From positions 30,628,001 through 30,692,000 of the forward strand of contig NC_058380.1 in NCBI RefSeq assembly GCF_018350175.1: DNA of 64,000 nt, in the 5' to 3' direction. The DNA is from Felis catus (taxonomy: Eukaryota). Positions 1 through 13,540 of this stretch are shown here, piece by piece. A program made the position numbers and the translations under genes. Position 1 is the first letter of the stretch. Each line of letters begins with the position of its first letter. The notes under the pieces are model-generated. The model had not been told where the DNA came from, made no database searches, and saw only the letters and a program-made list of their open reading frames with translations.

Positions 1-2326
1 TCCCTGTTTAGAAACGTGACATTTGGTAGTATAAGAATTCGAGGGACCAAGGCCAGTCCCTGGGGGTGGCCAGCCCCCATGGCCTCTGGTCATGCTGGGT
101 GAGAAGCCTCCTTACCTGGGAATTTCAGTGTGGATGGAGCACCTGTCATCCAGAAACATGTCAAAGCCACGCAGACTTGCTAGCAAAGAGACGAGACACA
201 GAGGCAAGGCCAGGCAGTGTGGGAGGATCTCCGTTCCTATACGGGCTGGGCCAGCACCCCCAGTGAAGAAGCCAGAATGTCTGGAGATGCACTTGGATGG
301 GTTTTGCCCAGTCCATTTTGTTCTCCCAAAAAACTGAGAAAAACAGACTGTGATAGGTACATACTATGCCAACTACTTAGAAGACAAAAGGCCCCAAATC
401 TAAATAATGGGGCAGCTAAGAGTTAGGACCAGATACGGCAGCGGGTAATGGTGACCCATGACCTAATAGCACTAAGGCCAGTGTCCTACTATTAATTAGC
501 CATCTCAGCCATGCCCCGACAGCTGATGCTAAGGGGACTGTCCACTGTCACAGACCTTTTCAGAGCATTAAGGCAGTATTTTTTTTTTTATTAAACACAA
601 CATATGTATGACTCTTCGTATGTGTCAAGCACTTGTTCTAATGAACAAATATTAACCAAGTTAATAATTAATCCTCATCTGTCACCCTGGCTAACAAGCA
701 GCAAAGGTTTGCACGCAGCCTAGGTCCAGAATCCATGCTCTGAACAATTATAATAAGCTGCTTTTTGACACAGCATATATCAACAAAAGCTTTAAATTTT
801 TGCACATCCTTGACCCAGGAGACATGCCTTTTGTAAGAATTTCTCCTAAGGAGATAACCAGCACCAACCAGGAAGAATCCACACAGGAGAATGTTTATGC
901 AATCTGTACTAGTGAAAGGCCAGAAACTACCCACGGGGGCAAGCATGAGGAGAGACCATGCCGAAGTCTTGGCACCCTAGAGAAGGTGAGTATTATGTTC
1001 ATGGAGAGTTCTTGCCACCATCCTGCCTTCCCAAGCACAACAAGTGTGCTCAGACACATGGGAGGAAATGGGAGCAGTGGATGATGGGACGCCTCCGCTG
1101 GCCTAGGGCCCAGGCTAAGGCACACTCACCTCCCTCGATCTTTTAATTCCAAGGCTACACATTTATCAGTCCGATTTTACAGATGAACAAAGGGGCAGGA
1201 GGCAGGAAAAGGATGCCTGAGACCACAGCATGAGCGGCAGAGCTCATTTCAGAGCACACACTGGCTGCTCTTTCCACATTGACTTGCTAACTCCATATAC
1301 TCTGGGGCCTCATGAAGGGGCCTTTCTACTTAACTCTACCCCCACCCTAGGTCATTTACCTAATTATGTACAGAAAATTACCTTAAATGTAGGAAAAAGT
1401 TAATTTATTGAAAGCTATGTACCAGCATGTTTTAAATGCTTTGTATGGATTACCTCATTTAATTATCCCACTAACTGTTAAGATAGGAATCCCTTTCCTT
1501 CCCATTTTACTTAAGAAACAGAAGCAGAGGGGTTTAGCAAATTGTGTGTGTGGTAGGTGGCACCAAATGGCATTGTCGACAACAGAGAGGGAGCATCTAC
1601 AGGGCCAGGGTCTCCATGGCTCATCACCCACACTGCGCAGCCCTGCAAGACGGAACTTGGGGTTTCATTCCGAGTCTTCCAAGTGTTAGGCCCTTGCCAC
1701 GCCTGCCCCCTTCACAGCACTTACATACTTTGGGCAGCTTCGCAGATGCCAATCAACTGAACTTCACTGCTCGGCAGGAGGGTGCACGACCTGGAGGGGC
1801 AGGTAGCCGCTGCAGCTTTCAACAACAGGGGACGGAGCTTGCGAATCACACTCTGGGGGTAGCAGTGCCTGCTAGAAGTCTGGATGGGGTGTGGGTGTGG
1901 GTGTCCCTGTGGTTTGTACTTTGAAAACCTGTATCCAAGCACGAGTGAGCTGAGTTCCTTTGGGAATGGGCCAGCATTCCTAACAGAGCAAGCTCCTACA
2001 TCCCAGACACATCCTCTGAGTGGTGGTGTGGGCATTAGGTCTTCAGGATCCAGGCCAGCACAAGACAGTCAGAGGGGAGGCAGGCAGATGGCACCCTGAT
2101 GGCATCCAGAGTTGGACATCAGAATGTAGGTGCCTGAGCAATGGTCCTGCCCCTCGCTTAGCTCTTTCCTCCTGACCTTGGCAGGTAATGTAAGGGCCTG
2201 ATTTATGTGTCTTATCCTCAGTAATTTCCACAAAGTCAAACCTTGGCATAATTTGAGCTGGTGTTGGGTGTGTACAGAATGACTTCATAACAGGAGCCCT
2301 CACGCACCATCTTATCTTGGGGAAGG

Positions 2327-2648
2327 TGTTATGGACTGAACTGTATACCCCCACCCCCAAATTTTTAAGCTGAAGCCCTAATGCCTAATACCTCAGAATG
2401 TGACTATATTTGGAGACAGGGCCTTTTAAGAAGTAATTAAAATGAGACCATGAGGATGGACCCTACTCCAATCTGACTGGCGTCATAAGGAAAAGACACC
2501 AGGGATTATAGTGCACAGAGAAAAGCCCAAGGCCAGCGGCATCAGAAGAAATAAACTCTGCCAACACTTTGATCTTGGGTCTCCAGCCTCAGCACTGGGA
2601 GGAAATAAATTTCTGTTGTTTCAGCCCCCAGGGTAGTAAACTAATACA
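2327..2648 (+). mobile_element. MaLR solo LTR (MLT1-like)
   Basis: tgttatggactgaa...ctaataca termini, internal agaatgtgactatatttggagacagggcc and aataaa. Confidence 0.8.
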
Positions 2649-2741
2649 GTGGTTATATCCACTTTATATTCTGACCATTGCCTACTACGATTCAGGATGG
2701 TAAGTGAATACAGTAAACTGGAAGGCTGTTTGGTTAACACT

Positions 2742-2747
2742 TTTAAT
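2742..2747 (-). terminator. Candidate distal polyadenylation signal ATTAAA
   Basis: tttaat on + strand at the end of the AU-rich UTR segment. Confidence 0.5.
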
Positions 2748-5047
2748 TATATGATTATAATTATACAATTTTCACTATTCAGTATTTCGTATAAAACCAG
2801 TTACAATACACAAGATTTTCAAACTCGACAATACGTATCAAACTACATAGATATGCAAAGTTTACACGCCATTATGAAGCTTTATCTTAAAAATACCTTC
2901 AGGAAAATAAACATTCATTCAACCAGTTCTCTTGGCTTTATAAAATATGATTAGAAATATACATTTTAATAAAAAATCAAGACAATGACTGACCAAATAC
3001 TGATTAATCAGTTACATTTTAAAACTTTTTAATAATCTGTACATGAGTGCAGGTTAGATAAAAGTCTGCAAATTATTAATATAAAACTGCAGTACTAGAA
3101 TCAGATGAACATACCTGCTGACAGTTATTCTACTGGGCAGTTAAGGAGGTAATTTCTTACACAGTATAGATGAATTGTCCAGTCTTTTAAATATATCTGT
3201 AGTATTTCCACTTAGGAACATGAGGAATACTCAGATTTAGGAGAAATGGAAGAGCAGCAGCTAGCCTTACCAGGACAGTTTTAGCGGGAGATAGCTATTA
3301 AAGAATCAAAATATGCTTTTAAAGTTGTTTTTCATGAGCACTGCTTTCCAAGATGCAATTACTTTAAAAAATGTATGAAGAGGAACAGTTAAGCTACTTT
3401 TAGAACAAACATCAAAAGAGCGCATTGCTCATTTGTAATGAATGGTGGTGATTCAAGCAAAGGGAAGCTTCCAGAAGCTCTTGGCACAACACCACCCAGA
3501 AGGCCTGACGGTCTGCAGGGCACACAGAACTGGCCATTGGGCTCCAAGGGCAAACATATTCGCCTCACAAGCACTCTTGGGAACTCCTCTAAAAATTGTC
3601 TGGGCCCAAGAAAAGAGGTAGGAATGAATGACCCCTGTGAGAGGGCAGGAGGGCAGAGAAGAAAGCAGGTGGGTGACAGGCAAACAGGGCCAGGCTGAGA
3701 GCAGAAAGATGCTGGAGACTAGCAGAGCAGCATGCCGCCCAGACGCGGCTCTGTGGACAAGGCAGGCTACGTGTTTCAGTGAGGCACTGCTCAGGATTAA
3801 CCCCTCTTCACTGACAGCTCAGAGAGATTTCTAGTTTTTCTTTAGCATTACAAAAGAGAAGTCTGTCTATATTTCTAGGTACCCAGTTTTGCAGACACCC
3901 TTCCTTTGGACTGTCTTGGACTTTGGACATGAGTCTCCAAAAAGCTTCAAGGACACCTAAAAACATGCATTTCTAATGCTAATTTGAAAGAAACGGTCTT
4001 GGTGTACTTTCAAAGCTATTTAAGGCTCTTAAGTTTAAAGGAATCTCTCCATCTGACGTGCCCTATTTCATATTCCATAGCAACAGGGTCTTTCTATGAC
4101 AAGGACTTGAAGTTAGAATCTCAGGAGATTCTGGGTGTGTTGAAGTTTCCATTGGGGGAAAAAAAAAGTCCACTCTTATTCATAGCAGAAAGAACTTTCC
4201 ATCAGACCCAGAGACTTCCTGGATTCTAGAAATGCCCTCCAGTACATTTAATAATAGTGTGCTATGAAATCCACCGGAAGCACTACCCCAAGTCCTTGCT
4301 GTGTTCCAAGGACTGCTCCTTTATCAAATCACAGTTTCCTGGGACTCACTTCAGTGAGCCTGTTAAATAACAAGATTTTTTAGAAAGAGCCACAGTGATA
4401 GCAATTCTAGCTGGAAACTTGAGCAGCTGACACAAAAAGGCAATTTGTAAAATAAAAAGTACTGTGGTTAACATTGAAGCCCAGATTTTTACACTCTTGG
4501 CCAAGACATCAAATGGCTTATTCACTGGGAGGGAGACGGCACATTTAACTTGTTCTGATGTAATAAACAGCCAAACCAGGAAAAGTTCTGATGGAAGTTT
4601 GATTTTCATAACTACCTGGATTATTTATGCAGGAAATGGCCTTCAAAGATGTCAAGGGAAGAAGAATTGCCCTGAGAATTCAATGTTTTATGCAAGGGCA
4701 TAGTCTGAATATTATTGTCTCCTAGCACGAGACAGCTAATGGAATGTTTCTCCTCCCACCCAGAGCTTAGTGAAGAGAGGTCTTCCCATCAGGTAAGTGG
4801 GTCTTTGTGTCTATTCACTTCCAGGGATAGAAAACCACTTTTTTTTCTGAGATCTAGTCCCCAGCGTTTAAAAGTTGGCATGACACACCCCCATACCACC
4901 TGACAGGGAAGAGCCGCCTGTTTGACCAAGATGATGGCACCATCTCCCCTCAAAGCCAGTCAATCTTATAATTTACTCCAAGAGAGTAAATATCGAAATG
5001 GAGCCATGGCCTTCCAGTAACTTTTTGCATTAACAGAGTAAAATCTG

Positions 5048-5053
5048 TTTATT
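5048..5053 (-). terminator. Candidate proximal polyadenylation signal AATAAA
   Basis: tttatt on + strand. A second copy lies at 5284-5289. Confidence 0.3.
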
Positions 5054-6485
5054 TCAATTGCTTCTTACTCCTCATAGTTTTGTTAAAAAGGTAGCTTTTT
5101 AACAAAAGGAATTGCTTACTCGCCTGATTCATTCATCTTGTAAGGTGAAGGCATTTGCCTTCTGTTGCCTTTCCATATTGTATCTCCTGCTCTCCATTCT
5201 AGGATAGGCAAAAATTGGTTAACAATAACTAAAACCATTCACTTCTTATTATGGAAGTAACCAAGGTGACTGCAAAATATTCTTTTATTTTGGGCCCCCG
5301 TTTTTTGTTTTAGCAGCAAATAAACAGTTTTTGTGATTGCTTTATATCACAGACTCTGCTGTGTTTCTGGAGGGTGGAGGGGCGAAGGCACACTGAAAAG
5401 AGTTAGTTGTATTCCCCAACCAAAGGCAACAGTGAGTCTCTTATTTACAAACAACTGAAATCCAGATGCTAGTAACTGTCACTGAAATCAAAGGGTGTGT
5501 GAATGGCCTTAGGCTGATCACATAAAAAAAAGAAACCCACAATGTTACAGAGAAAAACCTGAATAAAGCAGTACTTTTTTTTTTTAGCCATCGTTATTTG
5601 GGATGGCTGTTTCCAAGGGAAAACACTAACAGTGGTTTTTTTTAATCATGCGTGGAAGGAAACAGGATTTTAATTTGTATGACTGGGCAACCAAATCGTG
5701 GGCAGCCTTGGCATGCTCCAGTCCCTCAATGACATAAAGAGGAATGACTTACAACAATCTTCCGACTCTGAAGGCAGCGTCCCCTCCTGAGTCTTCTAAA
5801 GCTACCACTCATGTTCTCTTGCAAATTCGGCTGCCAAAGTACCACTTTGTATCACAACATCCAACAGTCCTCAAACACCGTTTTCACAGATTCTTGTTAA
5901 TAAAGCACTCTTTGGTGGAAGACAAGCAGCTTGGGTACTTAACAGAGTTACCATTACAACAATATTACAAGTATTAAAGTGAAGATGTTTAAACCAAATA
6001 GTATCAAATTACAGAAAGTACCATTTCAGTAATGCCTGTTTTCTCTTTATAAATTTTGACACAGGGTGAACAGAAAATAAATACATAAAAAACCTCCATC
6101 AGATCCTCGCTTCTTCTGAAGGCCAGCAGCTAAAATGATTGCCATCACAGGGACACACGTGCACCACACAGACTAGTCAGCTCTCCTGACAACAGAGGGC
6201 TTTGATATTTACACCTGAGACTAAATTTACAATAGCTTTTTTTGTCGTTAAACTTGAGATGTTTCTACAAAAGGAGAGCTGGGCCTCCTTCAAGTCACTG
6301 CTTGTGCCCAAACTCATGTAGTTATTTTAAACTCCAGTGGACATTGTCTTCATTGAATAAACTTCTTAGGTGGAAAGCGGCTAAGGCTTTTGCAATTTTG
6401 TTTTGTTTCCAAATAAATTGTGCTAAGTTCTGCTGTAGGTTTCTGTTCCTAGAGTCTTCCTTCAGTTCTGGTCACAGGTTTTTAC

Positions 6486-6522
6486 TTAACGCAAGACTGT
6501 TTTAGTCCTTGAAATGGAGGGA
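6486..6522 (-). CDS. CDC14B: CDC14B terminal exon 14, coding part (S)PSISRTKTVLR*
   Basis: ttttctccccctgtag| acceptor. TAA stop at 6486-6488. Matches the CDC14B C-terminus SISRTKTVLR. Confidence 0.95.
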
Positions 6523-9500
6523 CTACAGGGGGAGAAAAAAAAGGATTTTACCATGAAGGTTTCCAAGTGTCCCATATGTAGTTACCAAAGACAAGGAAGG
6601 CAACATAATAAAAGTAGTGACATGCTAAGAAGTATACACTTTGTATAATTCTTTAATGACAAGTATTTTGGATAAGACAGTACAATATCAACCATAAAGT
6701 AAAGACAAATGGGAGAGAAAGGCAGAGCAGAAAAAGGTTCAGTTCTGCAAAAAATAAAAAAACAATAAAAACAAAGAAAAAAAGAAGGGCGGGCAGAAGC
6801 AGCAGAGCAATGAGAGTACCATAATGCCATTAAGGGCATTTGTTGCAAAGCATTCCTTTTCCTTCTTTCCCTCTGAGGAACCAGGCTGTGGGAAAAGCGG
6901 AAAGAACGAAAAGATAAAGAAGTGTTACTTGATTATTTCCAAAGCCAGAATTCGGTCACAGAAAAAGCTCTGGCACCTCAAGCAGTTTCCAGTTCAGCAG
7001 CACGGAGGGCACCCGCTCCCAGCCAGCCTCAGACCACACTGCAGGTGGGGCACATCTTGATGGATTCTCCTCTTACTTCCCTTCTCTCCTACCCCGGTTT
7101 ATTATGTAAATTTTCAACTAACTAGCAGCTTTTAGAGAAGAACTTGAGCAAAAGGAAAGAGTCAGAGAAGCCAATTCCAATCTGGAGGTGCCCCTCACTG
7201 GATGATGAGGCCACTTTATCAAAGTAGCTCATCTGAATTGATGACTTAGTTTTTGGAGACCCCAACAGAGTACTGAGTATAAAGGTCCAGGTTAACTGGT
7301 ACAGCCAAATGGGAAAATGTCTGGAATTTCAAAGGGAAATTAGTATTTTAGATGAGCAGAGGTAACCAGCATTCTTTTTTAAAAAGATATTTCAGGATAT
7401 TTAGAGACAACATCCTGGGGCTTCTAGATGAATGGATTTTCAGAGATAATGGCAATAACTGAAAATTAAAGCCCAGAGGTGGTGGAATGGGTACTCAGCT
7501 CTGAGACTGTAAACGGACAAGAAGCAGTGACAGGTGGGATAATGACAAAAGTCACAATTGAGAAAACTTGAAAAGCCAAGAGGTCCTAAATGTAGCTATT
7601 TCCAACTGAAGGGCTCGTGAAGACATGTTTTTCAGAGGCCTGAGCATTTATCTCCCCCCATGTGAATAATCAGGTGCAAAATACCCCAAAAGTCATAAAC
7701 ATTAGGTTGGTTTGACAGAGGGAGCAGAAGGTGATGGTTCCAAATGATGCAATTTAGAATTAAACAAAATAAATAATTTGTCCATGACGAGTTTCTCAGA
7801 AAATGGATGAAGTTATAATTTAAAAAAAGAAAGAAAAGATTCCTCCAAAGAAATACCATAAGCTTACAGAAACATGTACTGGATGGTAAGTTGTGTGAAG
7901 ACACAAACCGAATTGAATGTTATCAAATGAGATGGCTGGAGGTCCTCAATCAGATGCAGAGTGATGAAATTTTCAAGACTCTAAGAGAGCTCATCAGAGA
8001 CTGGAAAACAGTCCAATTCTTTACTGGATTTAATAATTCTTAAAAGAGAAACATGAGAATGCATTTACAGATCTAACAGGAAGTGGGAGAGGGAGAAGAT
8101 TTACTTCTTCAGACTTGAGAAAAGGGATGAGGAAGGTGCCACAGAGATGCCTCTCAGCCCCAAGGGTCAGTGTACTCCATCCACCACCAGATACTCCAGT
8201 GCTCTGGGCCTGAACCGCACAACTCTGTCAGAGCAGAGCTTGACACCCGCTGGGTAGGTTTATGTGTGGCTCACGTTCGAGGGATATAGGAGGGAATGAT
8301 CCATCTACCAAGAAAGAAACCTGGTAGCATTTCTTCCCAGCAACAAAGATTATGACAACACATATTTTTTCAGCCTCCAAATAATTGCTCTTTCAATGTG
8401 TTTGTGGAAAAGGCCTCCCAAGTTGTACAGCCTCTCAGTAAACTGTCAAAAATCAGAAAGCCAAATCAGTGGGAAGTGAGTTTAGGTGAGGTCTCATCCT
8501 GGAAGCCTCTAAGAAGAAAATAGAACATGGGAATGAAAGGTCAGGTTCCTACGGCAGAACAGATGATGCGAGAACACCAACCTGCAAAGAGAAGGCCTCA
8601 CAGGTGGGGGTAACAGTAAACTGGCAATCCTTGTGCCTCCTAGGTATTTATTTTATACTGAGAAGTATACTGTATCATTTCCTTGTATTGCTGTCTAAAG
8701 CAAAGTTTTCTATCCAATACTTCATAATTATTCAACAATCTTGTATTATTTTGTCCTCAAATTATGCACAAATGTGTTAATTCCTTCATTAGTCTCCAAC
8801 CAAAAATGACTACTATTCAGTAGGATAAAAGCTTCAGGCTAACTGCTTGGCTCCCTCAGCTTCCACTATTTCCTAGAAGGAGGAAGTGGGACCTGTATGT
8901 AATGTATTTGCCTTTCTTTTGTGAGCTGTAGGTGGGTCACAGTTAAGGTAATGTGAACACAGGTCAAAGCTCCATAAGAGGCCAAGAAGACCCTGCATGA
9001 AGGGGGTGTGTGTAAACACACTCGAAACCCAGCTTTCTCTCATTAGTTTATTTCTTCTCCCCTCCCAATCTCTGAAAGTCCCATTTTGAGAATTTAAAAG
9101 AAGACTTTTGGTTTTCAGCACTATGCCACATGCCTGGAAACTGCTTTGGGCCATTTCAAAATTCAGTTAAGTGTATTCAGTCTGAACTCTACTTTCAACC
9201 CCTCAAAGCATCTGGCCCAGGGACCTCAGGCAGATGCTCACTGCAATCAGGAACCACCTGTGCTGAGAAGCACACGTTTAGATCACTAGACAAGACCTAG
9301 ATGGAAAAAGTGCCGCGTGGCCACGCCCCTCAGAGGAACGTGGTGTGACTGGGCACGCGTAGTCCCGGCTCCTGGACTCTATTCCTCTGTAGCCTGAAGA
9401 GCACAATCCAGAAAAGCAGAAAGCAGAATTAAATGTGCAAGACACACTCAAAACTGTAATAGAAGCCTGAGTAAGTATACCTAAAAAGAATATGTTCATT

Positions 9501-9657
9501 CAAAACATGTCTAACTATCCCCCACAGCAGGATTTTAATCTGAATTTTTAATAGGGTAATTCACCTGAAAGTGTCGAAGTTAAAATGCTCCCATTTCTCC
9601 CTACTTACTGTAAAAAAGTTGGGAGGAAAATCAAATGATAAAATAATAAAAATCCCT

Positions 9658-9878
9658 GGGGAGCCTGAGTGGCTCAGTCGGTTAAGTGTCTGAATTTGGC
9701 TCAGGTCATGATCTCACAGTTCATGAGTTCGAGCCCCGCACGTTGGACTCTGTGCTGACAGCTCAGAGCCTGAAGCCTGCCTCAGGTTCTGTGTCTCCCT
9801 CTGTCTGCCCCTCCCCTGCTTGCACTCTGTCTCTCGCATTTTTTTCAAAACTAAATAAACATTAAAAAAATTTTTTTT
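9658..9878 (+). mobile_element. Can-SINE (SINEC_Fc-like)
   Basis: tRNA-derived head, CT-rich region, A tail. 17-bp TSD aaataataaaaatccct (9641-9657 / 9879-9895). Confidence 0.93.
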
Positions 9879-11494
9879 AAATAATAAAAATCCCTAACTA
9901 CCCTACCAACCAGAAGAATTGTTAATATTTCAGCATTTATCTTATTTCCATACATGCATAGAAACATATGCATATATACTTAAATATATGTATAATTTAT
10001 AAGCTTATATACTACATATAAATACATATGTATGAACATATACATATATTTGTAGAGGTATACATTTCTATAAAGTATATTGTACATTTATAAAATTAGA
10101 GTAATACTTCCTAATTTTTATATGTGTGGCTCTTTTCACTTACTGCTTCGTGAGCATTTATCCAAGCCATTAAATTTTCTGTAAAAGCATGATTCTTGAT
10201 TCATTTGGGATAATTCAACAATCTTTAGCCCATTTCCTCTTCCTCATGGTTATAAATAATGTTCTGATATTATAATGTACCTAAGACCTTTTGTCAGTAT
10301 TTCTCTGTTATTCTTCTCAAGTGGAATTAAGAGAGTAAAAAGAACTATGAATATTTGATACCTTTCTATGAAAAACTCAAAATCCCCAAGTCATGAGTTG
10401 GTGCTCTCAAATACTTGTACTAAGGCACTATCACATTCTGATGTAAGTAAAAGTCTGTAGTGAAACTGTAGAAAGAATTAGCAAAGAGAGGAAAATGGCA
10501 AAATTGAACAATTCCTTAAACACAAACACATACACACACCACAGAGTTCTCTGATTTGTAGTGAATCCCTCAGGAAACAGGCTGCTGGGCCCTGCACCCC
10601 GGAGACTAACTCGGCTGTCCCACAGCCTCAAAGACAAGAAGGCAAGAAGTTAAAAAGAAACAAGGAAAATAGGGAAGGATGTTTTAAAGTCTGGTTTAGA
10701 CTATCTTCAGGCCGGTTGTGGTCTATTATAAGACAGGCGCTGGGCCATGAGCACAGGACCACACATGTTAACACCAGACAATGATACATAAACACAAAAA
10801 GGGTACCTGCCTTCTTCTATTCATAAGATGACAGTTAAGTAGGTTATCTGCTCTTCCCTCAAAAGGGAACTGCTTCTGGAATATGTTAGAAATGAAATGT
10901 CTGCCTTTAGTTCATGATAAATATCCAAACGCAACAGAGAGTAATGGATTTGGTCATGGAACATGTGTATTTTCTTGTCACAGCCTGTAATAATGAAGGA
11001 AGGGAAGGTGCTGGGCTCCTGGTGAAAGCATGAGCCCCCATGGGTGTGGTGTGGACTGTGGCTAAGAGACCAGGCCCTAGGTAAAAAAGGATCCCAAACT
11101 CACTGGAGTTCTCATATTCCACCATCACACTTATTTGCAGCTAATTCTCCAACAATTATGCTGTATCTGCTATACAGAAAAATTTCCTTTGAGTCCTGAC
11201 AGAGAGAGCTTTGGAAATTCAAGAACTTGTAAGTACAACACTCTCAACTTCCCCATATTCTGACCCTGAGACACATCTCCAGTGTTCAGAACCACCTCTG
11301 AAAAACAAAACAAACCCTACATTAAAAATGGCCCAGATTTTTTTAGATGATGAACAAGTCAAACACATTTGATTAATTGTCCATCTTAGGGACTGTGCTT
11401 TCTCCTCTCTTCCTCTTTTCATTTCTATATCCAGAAGATTAAACTGGAAAACCAATGCTTGGAACTTTTCAGAAGAGTAGGATTCTTTTCTCAC

Positions 11495-11611
11495 CTTTTA
11501 AAACTGCTTTTTCTTGAAGCAGATCTGGTGGTTCTTTTAGTAATGCCTGCACTGCCAGAAATGTTAGGTTCAGATGTTTTACAGCTCTGAACACTGGACT
11601 GAAGAATTACT
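11495..11611 (-). CDS. CDC14B: CDC14B exon 13 (117 nt, symmetric phase 2, skippable), [38 protein letters not shown]
   Basis: tgttttcag| acceptor, AAG|gtgaga donor. Confidence 0.95.
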
Positions 11612-13540
11612 CTGAAAACAGTTGGAAAAAAATAATATTATATTCACTGAAACAATTTTCAAATACCTGACAGAGGAAGGCATTGTTGTACTTTAGTGCA
11701 AATTATTTTATTGAGAATTCATAGGATTTTCCGTAAACACACTGGCCAATAAAAATCTGAAACACATTTTCACATCAAAGACTTTTGAATGAAGCATCTC
11801 ATTTCCCCATAAAGGTTATACAAAGATAACCAGAATATACTTTGCTTTTGGAAAACAAATGACCTGGCATTTTAAGCAATTCCCACACCAAAGAAATCAA
11901 TCAATAAAACAAATCTTTGTGTCCCAAAGTAAAAGTAGGTTCTCAGAATTCTACTCTTGAAAACAAGATTTCATTTAAAATCCCCAAATTCTAAAGAATA
12001 TGAATATAAAAATCTACAATAGTCACTCTTCAGAGGTGAAAGTAAGGGCAATAAATGCCAAATCAATACTAATTTTACATAATATTTCAAATTTTAAAAA
12101 TACGTTCAAGCAAAATTTGAATTTGTCTGGATTATAACCTACTTAATTAAATCATCAAGCACCATTAACATGAATACAAAACTGTTTAAATTCTTTGAAA
12201 AACCTGATTTAATTAAACTCTAAAATAATCTCAAGGAACTGATGCCTATGGGTGTAGGTTGCCCAGGAGGCAAATTCATGAGTCAGAAGAACACCCTCAG
12301 ATAAAAGCCCACATAGAGGACCTTGCTCAAAAGTAGAGGGTGTTTTGTAATTCCTCACTGAATGGCCACAGGGAAAACAGAAAACATCAAAAGATTTTAT
12401 ATGCAATTCTTTCCTTCAAAAGATAATGGTGAAAACAATGAACTGCGTGGGCAAACATACATTTATATGTACTCAACTTTTATTTATCTGTAAGAGAAAA
12501 CACTGCCTTAATAATAAGCTTCCTCTTTTCATGTCCAACTCACAAGAGTAAAAAGAAACCATTACAGCTAACTAGTAGTCCTACCTCCTATGCCTGTGTT
12601 ACCACCATATAAGTTACTAACCAAGGCCAGGTCCTTATAATGTAGCAAAGATTAGCAAATTTTTAATATTATGCAAACCACAGCATATTCAGCATCAGCA
12701 TTTAGTAAAATGCTAAACTTCTCATCACTAAAAACACAATGGTGGCATTGTCCCAGAGCGGAAGCCTGGGGGCCAGTGGTTTTCAAGCTGTTTAGGGAAG
12801 GGTGGGGGAGGGGTGGGGCTACTCCCAGCGGGTTTTGCTGTATCCCCAGAGTATTTCCCAGAGCCTGTGAAAGGACCTTCCATCTCAGAGGGAAACTGAT
12901 TCTGGGTAAATGAGCCAATGCTCAACTCAGAATTTCTCATAAAGTTTTATCACTCTAATAAAATAGAAAAGGTACATGCAGACATAGTTGTTTGATCAAA
13001 GAAGGCAACCAACCGCAGAGGCATATGAATTCTACCTCTGAAACCAAGGATTTATTTAAAAATCTGATTATATCAAGTGGAGAGGGAAGGACAGGAGACT
13101 ATTTAATAGTCTCTGTATCATTAACAGGATCTGAATATAGAATTTTTCATAAAATAAAGCACAACAACAAAACTTCTGCTATTTCTGAAGCCCAAGCCCA
13201 ATGTGTGGTGCCACTGCCACGGTGGTCCTGAAGCCTTGCACCTGCTCAGCAAGGCTCCTGGTTTTTATCTCCATTTATACAGAGAAAATGAGACTCCCCT
13301 TAGTTTTTTGGAAATATCACATCTACTTTTCAAATAATTTGAGGCCACTTACGGCCAAAAGTATAGATAGTCACCACACGGTGAAATCATTAATATGAGA
13401 ATAGAAACAAGAGCCAATATATTACTTGCTTAGGAAATTTAAGACAACTACTACGAAGGTTTACCATTTGAAAACAGAAATCACTGCTAAATCCAATTTT
13501 AGGCTGACAGGAAACATCTTTTAAAAAGTATCTGTTTCTC

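Larger units (their letters stand above)
2725..6485 (-). other. CDC14B: CDC14B 3'UTR (approx. 3.7 kb)
   Basis: SINE-free stretch downstream of the stop codon. It ends in an AU-rich segment with ATTAAA just before an LTR. The distal end is inferred. Confidence 0.65.

Noticed and set aside
1884-2099. ORF with GCGCGC and ENLY (TEV-site-like) motifs
   Set aside because: Derived from a (gtgtgg)-like low-complexity tract, with no other sign of synthetic or coding sequence
6480-6488. Donor-like TAA|gtaaaa immediately after the stop codon
   Set aside because: Weak match to the donor consensus and no supporting evidence
7200-8060. Possible ancient CR1/L3 LINE remnant
   Set aside because: Only vague motif resemblance, not supportable without a profile search
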